From contig JBNKBE010000009.1 of the NCBI GenBank assembly GCA_050287085.1, positions 195,834 through 240,174 of the forward strand: a stretch of 44,341 bases of DNA, given 5' to 3'. Below the pieces are notes generated by a model. It saw only the letters and a program-made list of their open reading frames with translations, was not told the origin of the DNA and ran no database searches. Both the position numbers and the translations under genes were made by a program. This document shows positions 1 through 9,200 of this stretch, piece after piece. Within the stretch, counting starts at the first letter, position 1. Each line of letters starts with the position of its first letter. This stretch comes from Polyangiaceae bacterium. Its GTDB lineage: Bacteria; Myxococcota_A; Polyangia; Polyangiales; Polyangiaceae.

Positions 1-91
1 TCTCGCGGTCATGGTCTCGCGGTCATGGTCTCGCGGTCATGGTCTCGCGGTCATGGTCTCGCGGTCATGGTCTCGCGGTCATGGTCTCGCG
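1..91. repeat. 14-bp tandem repeat (TCTCGCGGTCATGG), 6 perfect copies plus a 7-bp partial, truncated by the window start
   Basis: Units read directly at 1-14, 15-28, 29-42, 43-56, 57-70, 71-84, partial 85-91; no spacers. Confidence 0.97.
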
Positions 92-395
92 CTCCCGGCA
101 CACGCGATGGCTTCCGGTGGATGGGCTTTCCAACGTGATAACGAGCGCATCGCTCGTGGCTGTCCACACCTGCTGCGCCCGTAGCAGCGGTGGGGGGTCT
201 CCCCCAGATCACCTTCGACTGTCCACCGGCTGGCCTGCTGAGCCGTCACGGCGCGGCAGGGACCGGTGACGAGGCCGCTGCAGAATACGGAGGACGTCCA
301 CGAAATGCTGAAAATTTCTTGCAGTATGGTGGCCGACCAGGACCATGTCGCAGTCTCTGACTGAGTCTGCGATTGAGATGAGTAATGATAGGAAG

Positions 396-1502
396 ATGCG
401 CCCCAGCGAGCTCGGTACCCGCGTGTTCTGGAGCTTGCTCTGCCTGCCCCTGACAGCTTGCGTATTTGATCTCGCGCCGTTGGAGCGGCTCGGCAATTCG
501 GGTGGTGGCGGCGGCCACGCAGGCGCGCCCCCAGACGCTTCTACGGGCGGTCAAGGTGGCGACGGAGACGAATGCCCGGGGCAGAAACGCTGCGGCGACC
601 AATGCGTCGACGTGAGTGTGGCGTGCCCCGACGCATGCGCGGAGAGCTGCGAGCTGCCCAACGCTCGCGCTGAATGCACCCAAGACGGTCGCTGCGAACT
701 CGTCGAATGCAACGACGGCTATGTCGATTGCGACGGTGACCCCGCCAACGGCTGCGAGGCGGATTTTCGCTTTCAGGCCTTGGCTGAGCCCGATGCTCCC
801 CCCGCTGAGGCTCCCGCTCTGCTCGTGCCTGAGCTCAAGCTCGAAGGCAGCCTGTCATGGTTCCAGGACGACGTCTGGCGGAACATACCCCTCGTTGCTC
901 TGAGCCAGCCCTGCATCGACTGCGATCCGGTAGACGGCGAAACGTTGCCGCAGCCTACGCTGCTCCGAAATCAGCCCCCCAGCAGCGCTGAAGACCTTCA
1001 GGCAGGGTTCGCTCTGGCTTGGTACGGTCCAGACCTATACCTCCGCGTATTGCTGAGAGACGACGAGCGCGTCGAAAGTGCTCCAGACGGGACGCCCGAT
1101 CCGCGTGGCGTGGACAATCTGGAATTCCTCTTCGACAGCGTTCGAAGCAGCCAAGGTGATGATCGCCATCTTTTCGTCGATCTTTCGGGCCGAAGCTACG
1201 TGAGGGCCGGCGGCACGACCTCCGGTGATGGTACCGAGTTCCATGTTCAGACCGCAGGCACCTGCACTCAGCTAACCGGACGCTTGACGGGTCAGTTCCT
1301 GAGTCGCGGCGACGGGGAGCCACTCCCCCTGGCCTCCGGCGAAACCTACGACTTTGACCTCGCCGTCAACGACTACGATTGGTCTCCCAACTCGCTGGAT
1401 GGTGGGCTGGAACGACAGCGGCAGACGCACCTCTTCTATCGAGATCCCGGCAACGCTTATTGGTACGGCAGTCGTGTATTGCCGCCGTTGACACTCGAGT
1501 AG
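396..1502 (+). CDS. Lipoprotein with Cys-rich repeat and C-terminal CBM9/DOMON-like sugar-binding domain
   Basis: ORF 345..1502; ATG 396 gives a signal peptide ending LPLTAC, a Gly-rich linker, a myxobacterial-type Cys repeat (C..GYVDCDGDPANGCE) and CBM9-like motifs (LAWYGPDLYLRV..RDD, DNLEFLFD, FDLAVND). Confidence 0.65.
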   Translation: MRPSELGTRVFWSLLCLPLTACVFDLAPLERLGNSGGGGGHAGAPPDASTGGQGGDGDECPGQKRCGDQCVDVSVACPDACAESCELPNARAECTQDGRCELVECNDGYVDCDGDPANGCEADFRFQALAEPDAPPAEAPALLVPELKLEGSLSWFQDDVWRNIPLVALSQPCIDCDPVDGETLPQPTLLRNQPPSSAEDLQAGFALAWYGPDLYLRVLLRDDERVESAPDGTPDPRGVDNLEFLFDSVRSSQGDDRHLFVDLSGRSYVRAGGTTSGDGTEFHVQTAGTCTQLTGRLTGQFLSRGDGEPLPLASGETYDFDLAVNDYDWSPNSLDGGLERQRQTHLFYRDPGNAYWYGSRVLPPLTLE

Positions 1503-1511
1503 CGTCTCAAC

Positions 1512-3062
1512 ATGCGCCGCATCCCTCCGAGCGTCGCAGGTCTGCTCGCCTTGGCGTGCGCGTCAGCAGCGCCGCCTAGGGTGGCGAGCGATCACAAGCT
1601 CACGCCTGACGCGCCACCGCCGTCTCGTCTCGCCCCCCGTGTCGAGGGGCCCAAGCTCAACCTACCTACCGAGCTTCCTGACGGCTATGGCCAAGCGGCA
1701 CCGACGCTACTCATCTCGAGCTCACCCACCGGTAGCTGGCTGGTCGCCTGCCAAGCGCGCACAGATAGCGACGGCAACGGCTTGCTTCAGGTTTTGCTCG
1801 GACCCCACGGAGAGCTCGGCGGCGACCAGCTTGTTCCCTATTTCTTGGGGTCGGCAGGTCAGGAGCTAGAACTGGATCGCTACCTGGGACACGACCCAAC
1901 AGGACGCTACCTAGCGCTCCAAACCGGAGGTCGCGTACTGCTACTGGATAGCCACCTGGGCACGAGCGAGGATCTCAGCGCCATAGGGGCAGACCACCGC
2001 GCCGACTCCCTGCGCTATCTGCCCCATCGGAGCTTCGCTTTTTCCCCTGATGGGCAAGTCCTCGCGTACGTTCGTCGACAAGGACCCCGCGACTGGGTGG
2101 TGCTCCGCGAGCTGCACTCCGGGCTGGAACAGCTGCTCGATCCTCAGGCGCCGATTGTATGGCGCCTCAGATTCGAAAGCGGGGGTCACTGGTTGCGGAT
2201 TGATACGGCCACGGAAGACACCAACCAGAATGGCCACATCGGTTGGGGTAGTCCGCCGGCGCCCGAAGGCGATTCCGGTTGCCCAAGCCCGATTCCGAGC
2301 TTCCCCGTGCCCGCATTTCCGAGCGACGCCACGCAAGTAGCGCTCTACGACAGGGTCAGTAGTACCCTGCGCTACCTTCCAGATTTCGTGGCGGCCGCGG
2401 GCGAAACCTATATCGAACGGAGCGAAGCGGGCGAGCTCTGGCAGGCCGATTTCACAGGCTGGCGGCAGCTGGTGAGCAGCGAGGTCTGCCAAGGCCGCGT
2501 GCTGGCCTTTCACGCTAGGAGCAGCGCTGTGCTCTTTGGCTGCAGCGGTGGATACGGCCAGCGGCGAGACATGTTCCTGCGGACGCGTACGCAGCGAAAG
2601 GCATTGGGTATCGAGCTTGCGCCTTTTGAAGTCGACGAGCCCCTCGAACTCGCTGGCGATACGCTGATTCTCAATCCCAAGAACGCGGCCCTGGTGCTTG
2701 ATTTCAACACTACCACCCTCACTACTCTCACCGACGGCACCACGATGCTGTCCGGATATGGCGCGACGTTGCTGGCTGAACGAAACGGCCGACTGTATTG
2801 GGTCAGTGCTGGCGGCACGGAAACGGCAGTAGGAATGCGACGCCCCACGCTCGGGTCCATCCTGCGCAGAGGCCCTTGGGTTGCACTCGGTCCTCAGCTG
2901 CTAAATCTGGAAAGCCGCCGCAGTGGGGGCGTCTTTCCAGAGCCTCCCTTGGCTCTGAGCGAAGCGGGGCAAGGCTTGTTACCTGCCAGTGTCGACGAAT
3001 TGATTCCCCTGGGTCCTCTGCGCTGGGTACCGCCCTTACCCGAGCCCGAACCCCAGCGCTGA
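1512..3062 (+). CDS. Hypothetical lipoprotein with TolB-like beta-propeller features
   Basis: 516-aa ORF 9 bp after the upstream gene; LLALAC lipobox-like signal; FAFSPDGQVLAYV propeller motif; two DxD/NxNG Ca-binding-like loops. Confidence 0.6.
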   Translation: MRRIPPSVAGLLALACASAAPPRVASDHKLTPDAPPPSRLAPRVEGPKLNLPTELPDGYGQAAPTLLISSSPTGSWLVACQARTDSDGNGLLQVLLGPHGELGGDQLVPYFLGSAGQELELDRYLGHDPTGRYLALQTGGRVLLLDSHLGTSEDLSAIGADHRADSLRYLPHRSFAFSPDGQVLAYVRRQGPRDWVVLRELHSGLEQLLDPQAPIVWRLRFESGGHWLRIDTATEDTNQNGHIGWGSPPAPEGDSGCPSPIPSFPVPAFPSDATQVALYDRVSSTLRYLPDFVAAAGETYIERSEAGELWQADFTGWRQLVSSEVCQGRVLAFHARSSAVLFGCSGGYGQRRDMFLRTRTQRKALGIELAPFEVDEPLELAGDTLILNPKNAALVLDFNTTTLTTLTDGTTMLSGYGATLLAERNGRLYWVSAGGTETAVGMRRPTLGSILRRGPWVALGPQLLNLESRRSGGVFPEPPLALSEAGQGLLPASVDELIPLGPLRWVPPLPEPEPQR

Positions 3063-3137
3063 TCCGGCGCCTCGCTCGCAGCGGCGACTTGGACGTGGAC
3101 AAGCAAGGACCGCTCACGCGGTCGACGCCACAAAGCA

Positions 3138-3205
3138 GAAACGGCCACCCGAAGGTGGCCGTTTCATCGCATTTTACGCCGCGGCTGAGAGCTTCAGCCG
3201 CGGCG
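3138..3205 (-). terminator. Two tandem 12-bp perfect hairpins between convergent genes, likely the terminator of the giant Ig-like gene
   Basis: GAAACGGCCACC-cgaa-GGTGGCCGTTTC (3138-3165; UUCG loop on the minus strand, followed by TGCTTTG) and CGCCGCGGCTGA-gagct-TCAGCCGCGGCG (3177-3205). Confidence 0.8.
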
Positions 3206-3213
3206 GTGTGTCC

Positions 3214-6200
3214 TTACTGGACGATCGTGACCTCGGCTACCGCCTTGACCACGCTCTCATTGAGAATCGGCGTTCCCGCGTCATCAGCAATGGTGTCCAC
3301 CGGAGCCGTGACGAGCACGGCTACGTAGAACTTGTCGCCGACCGCACTCAGAGCGAGGTCGGGCAACACAACGCTGCCGTTTGCCTGCGCCGTAGCGCCG
3401 TGGGTACCACCGGTGGGGTTGGTCTGACAGTCTACGCCGTTGGTACCACACACGTCGTCGTAGTTAGCCGGGTTTGTTACCCCAGCCGCCGTGAGTTCGT
3501 TCGTGCTGAGCACGCCGTCCCCATCGACAATCCACTTAACGCGTGACAGGTCGTCGGTCACCTCGATCACCGTGTTGTCAGCCAGGGTAGCAAACGCCTG
3601 GAACTGAATCGTCTCACCCGTATACAGCGCGTTTACGCTGACCGGGCTGATGGCGATCGACTTGATGACCGAACCGGAAACCACCACGTTCTGGAACACC
3701 TCGATGCCGCCCACGGTAGCCGACAAAGAGTCGGTGCCCGCAGCCAGTGCCGAGACGATGCCGCTTGCACTGACGGTGGCAACCGTGCCGCCGCCGTTGG
3801 CCCAAGCCGCGTTATCCGAAACGCAGTACCAGGTGGCATTTCCACCCGCGAGGAACGAGCCCTCGGCGAATAGGTTTGCCGTCTGACCGGGAGCCATCTC
3901 CTGATCACCGTTATTGCCCTGGGCGTTTAGGGTGACAACCTGGGTGAGGCTACCAGCAACGGTGTTAACGTTGATGGTGGCGTCAGTCAGGCCGGTGGCA
4001 CTGGCCGTAACAACCAGGCTTTCGGTGGCTGCACCGGAGGTGAGCATGCCCGCCTGCGATACCGTGGCTCCTGCCGCAGCGCCGCCAACCCGCGTAACCG
4101 CGAGGCTGTAGCCGCTGCTGAGAACCGCGTTCGAACCGTCCGAGTACGCACCGACAACACGCACGCGCGTCTTGTAGCCGTTGATCGGAAGTTGCGGGGT
4201 GCCCGTTGTCCAGCCGAAAGCGCCGAGCGCCGTGGAGCCAACGAACTCGCAACTCGTGGTGCTCGGCGCGCTGGCGCCGCCTGCGATCTCGGGGTCGAAG
4301 ACCTGGAGTTCAATACCCGTGAGTACCGCCGACGTAACCGTTACCGGTGTGCTGTCAGCCAGGGTGGCCTGGCTGGCGCCGCCGAGGTCCGTGATGAACG
4401 AAGCCTCGAGCGAGGTGGTGCCCAGGGCGTCGCCTCGAACCAAGCCGTCGTCGTCGCCTACCTCCGCCAACACGCTGGTGTTGGCGATGGTCCACGTTGC
4501 GTAGGCCGCAACGTCGAAGGTACCCGCGGCGTACGAGGCGTTAGCCTTGTACTGACGCTCACTGCCGAGGGGCAGCGCACCCTGGTCCGTCGAAGTTACC
4601 ACGAGGTCCGTAGCAACCTGGTCGACTACGGTGTAGGCGAGCTTGACGGTGGTATCCAGGTCAGGGCACTGGTTTGCGACGGGTGCGAAATCCCCCACAA
4701 CCACCTCGGCAGCACTGCCGGTGGTGACGTGGCTGTCTGCATTGCTTACCGTCATAGTGCTCAGCGCTGCGAACTCAGTGTCCTGATCGGACAAGCGTCC
4801 TTGCAGCTGGAACTCCACCGGAACTTCACCCGGTACAGTTCGCCCTGCCGTCGCGTTGCCGGAGAGATCCACGATGCGGAGCTCTTCGACACACGGTGCC
4901 ACCACGTTGACCGCAATGATCTCGGTGGAAGCGCCGATCTGCGCGGTCAGCTGAGCCCCCGTCGTCGTTGGGCCGGTCACCGTCATGTTGCCGGCTACGA
5001 CGGCAAACGACGGAGAGTTATCCGACCAGGTGACGACTGAGGTGACGTCGACCGTGGGACCTACGTCGAGGACGCAGGTTGCCTTCAGGCCGATAGCCTC
5101 GCCGATGCTCGCATTGAGAGACGTGAGTGCCACCGTGCTTGGCGGCCGCGTGATCTCGATCGAGTTCTGAACACAAGCCGCACACTGCGGGCGCACCTGG
5201 ACCTTGGTGTCCGGAGTGGTCAGCGAGTGGTCAGCGGTGACCTCCGCCAGCGCCTCGGTGCAATCCGTATCGGTTGCAGCCGCGAGCAGGCGAACGTTGC
5301 CGTTCTTGGTCAGCGTCATCTCGGTCGGAGCAGAGCTGCTCCAGTTGACGATGTCAGTGACGTTGTAGGTCGCCGCGTTGCCGTTGAGACCAACGGTAGC
5401 GCGTGCGTAGAGGGTGACCGGCAGCCCCGAGTTCTGGAACATCGGGAGCGTCACTTCACCCGTAACGGGCGCTCCATCAGCGTCGAGAACAGCCACCGCG
5501 AAGGTTGCGCCCTGGACGGCCTGGAAGTTGACCACGTTACTCTGCACGCCCGAATACGTCGCCTGGAGGCTCTGTAGTGCGGTGGTGGCAGAAGATACGG
5601 TGAAGGGGATGTAGGTCTTCGTGCCGAGCGTCTGCTTGGCAAGAACGTTCACAACCGAGCCGGTGGCACCGGGCGTGATCGTCACCTGATCCGTTACGTC
5701 CGCGGGCTCACCCGAGCTGAACTGCGCTGTCGCAGTACAATAGCCGCGAACACCGACCGGGAGGTCGAGGGCGGTATTGTCGTTGTCCAGGTTCTGGAGA
5801 GAGAGCCCCGTGAAGTTCGGTGCTCCGTCGTCGAAGGACGTGGACGAGCCCTCGCAGTCGAGGACCACGGCCGTGACCGTCTGCTGCACGTCGATGAGCG
5901 CGGCTTCAGCAGCAACGCTGGCGACGACGGTGCCGTCACAAGCGCTGACCGGCTGGTTTGGCAGCGTCTCGTTGTAGAAGACCATCATCTTCACGTCGTT
6001 GGCCACGTGCCCGCCCCGGACTTCGACCTGGGTCCCGGCGGAGTTGGCGCAGATCCACCCCTCCAGATCCAGACCCGCAATCGTGGGACAAGTGGTGGGC
6101 GTGGCGCCCGCGAAGAGGACGTCCTCGACGGTCTCCAAAGCCCAGGTCATGGTGGACCCGGTGCTCTGGAAGGTTGCCGCGTTCGACATCGTGCCCGTTA

Positions 6201-9200
6201 CGGTCATGATGGCGCCCGTGGTGCTACCCTCGAGCAGGGTTACCGTCGCGGGAGCAATCTTGAGCGAAGCGAGGCAAGCGTCAACAACGTTGATGCTGAC
6301 CACGTCTTGGTCCGCGCCGAGGGTTGCGCTCACGTCGATCGAATCGCTAGCGACTGCGTCGTTGGCGATGGTGACGAGACCGCTCTGGGTGACGGTTGCC
6401 TTGGCGCCCGTATTCAGACCCCAGGTGACCACCTCGGTACCCTCACAAGAGGTGCCACCGGCGTAGCTGATCTGAGCTCCGAGCTGGATATTGGCCCCAG
6501 CCGGGAGGGTGGGATCCGCCGTAACCACAGAGCCCTCGGCGTCGGTGATCTCGATTTGCGTTACGTCACGCACCACGACGTCGAGTTCGAGGGAGCCAGA
6601 AGTTCCGCTCGAAACAGGACCGAGGGCAGACGGTGCGGTCGCCGAAAGCGTGACCGTACCGGCACCCGTTGTGGTGAGTGTGCTACCCGCGAGGGTCGCG
6701 CCCGTGCCCGAAAGCGTCGGGGTGACGTCGGGCAGAATAGCCGCTGCGCCGTCCGAGAAGAGACCCACGACAACCAGAGGAACTTCGAGCCCCGCGGAGA
6801 ACGCCGTGGCGCTACCGGTGAGGTAGCTGACGGGGGTTCCGAAGGTGCCCTGAGACGCGCTGGTCGTGTAGTCCGCACATTGATCGAACGACGAGGCGAT
6901 ACCTACGTAGACCGATTCCAAAGTACGGCCGCTTGCAGACATGGCGAGGGTGCCGGTCTGTCCTTCGTACAACGCCGAGATGATCGACTCACCGGCGCTC
7001 GAACCGCTGACCACGCCGGTGCCGTTCACGGCAACGTGGTTATTGTTGCTGTCCCAGCTTGCGTTGCCGGCGACCGGCCACGGGGTGATCGAGTCGTCTG
7101 CGAAGCTGGCAACAGCGCTGAGCTGAATGCCCGTCTCGCCCACACCGATGGTGGTGCGGTTACCCGGAGCGGTCACGGTCACAGCCGTTACCGGTGTATC
7201 AACCGTGGTGACGCTGAACTCCGCGGGCTCAACCGCGGCGCAATAGCGATAGACGTTGGAACCCACGGTAACCGTCTGGTTCGGAACACCCGAAACGCGA
7301 ACCGCCACGGTGCCTTCGTTTTCGTCGCCGTTGGTGGTGATGAAACCACTGGCTGCAACGTCGAGGGCCGTGAAGGGATCCTCGGTACCCACGATCGGAT
7401 CACCCGCAGAGTCGAGAATCTGGTGGTTAACGTTGCTGGCGTCCGTCAGCACGACGGGGTCGAGCCCCTCCACGCTGAAGCTACCCGTAACGGTGGTATC
7501 CTGAACGAAGCTCGGAGAGCTTCCGGTCTGCGGAATGGGCATCCGCGCGCTGATCGCCGGAGCGGCGGTCAGAGCGTTGATACACGCCTCGCGGAGGACG
7601 ACTTCACCCGTGCGAGTGAAGGAGTTGGTGCCACTGACGTAACGTGCGGTCAGCGTGATGGCCAGACCCGGCGAAGAACCGATGTCCGGCCATGCGGTTA
7701 CCGGAACGCTCGGCGTAGCCGATGCCGTTACGTCACCCGTGCTGTTCACACTAGCAGAGCCCGGAATGCTCGAAGTCCAGCTCACGCCGGAGGAGAGATT
7801 CACGGTGCCGCAGCCGCCGTTGGTATCAACCAGTGCAGCCAATGCGCGCGACGAAGCGCCCAGGGGCAGCACTCTGTACGGTCCGTCCTGAACGAAGCTG
7901 GTCAGCACAACCGACAGATTGTCGAATACGCAGTCCTGAACGCTTACGGTCACCGAGTTGGCCGTGAAGTCCGCCGTGGCGTTGGCCGGCTTAACTGCCG
8001 TGATGACCGTGCCGCCCGCTACGAGACCCGTCAGGGTATCGAGGGTGTTGTCAATGGCAGCAACCCCTGGGGCGGTGCCCGTGAAGGAGATGATGTCTTG
8101 GCAATTCTCAACGACGATGCCGTCTTCGTAGGTGCAATCCGCAACCAGGTTGAGGGCTTCGCCTACCGGTAGAACCGGCGTATTGGACGTCTTGCTGAGA
8201 GCGTCGTCCAATACGTAAACAGCGACCGATTGGATCCGGTCGCTGGTCACAGCCATCTGCACGGGCGTGCTGGTGACTTGATCTGCGGCCGTGGTGTACT
8301 TGGCGGTGATGGTGGCGTAACGCACCTCGAGGCCGCCCTCACCCACGCTAGCCACCGTTATCTGGTTGGCCGAGGCAAGACCCTCGGTACCGGGCTGGTT
8401 GGAGATCGTGACCCAAAGGTTGGTCGCGATAGGCGGACAGGTCGAACAACTCGGCTGAACTACCGACCACTCCACGAGCTCGGTGACGTCGATGGACGAG
8501 CCGTCCTCGAACACACCGGTCGCCGTAAACTGGCGGGTCTGCCCCTTGGGAACGTCGACCTTGACGGGGGTAACCGTCAAGCTGGTGAGGGCAACGGCAG
8601 AAACCGTGACCGTCGCAGAACCCGTCTTGCCGCCCTGGGCGGCCGTGATGTCGACCGTGCCGGCGGCAACGCCGGTCACTACCGCAACGCCGTTTTGCTC
8701 AACTACAGTTGCAGTAGCCGCGCTCGCGCTGCTCCAGGTAGCGGTGCTCGTAACATCGAGAGTCGAGCCATCGGTGAGAGTTGCGATCGCAACGTAGTCG
8801 AGGGTGAAGTTCACCGGAACCGTCGACGTATTGCCTACGGGCTGAACGGTGATGGTGTCGATGACAGCCGGATTAACCGTGACCACCGAGGTGGCGCTGA
8901 CGCCGTTGCTCCACGTGGCCGTGATGGTCGCCGTGGTGGACGTTGCGTCCGGAGCTACCGAAACCAAGCCGTCCTGGCTTACGGTCACGTCGCTTGCGCT
9001 GCTGGTCCAGGTCAGGCCGGGATCAGCGGTGAGATCGGTACCGAACGTGCCGGCAGCTTCATCGCTGAAGGTGGCCAGCGCCGTCAACTGACGGGTGGTT
9101 CCTACGGGTACCGAAGGCGCCGCCGGGCTCAGAGCAAGCTCGGTCACAACCGCTGCGGTTACCGTAACCGGTACCTGCAACTGTACGCCGTCGAGCTGAA

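Noticed and set aside
1..91. Possible CRISPR array
   Set aside because: Units are contiguous 14-mers without spacers, and there are no cas genes in the window
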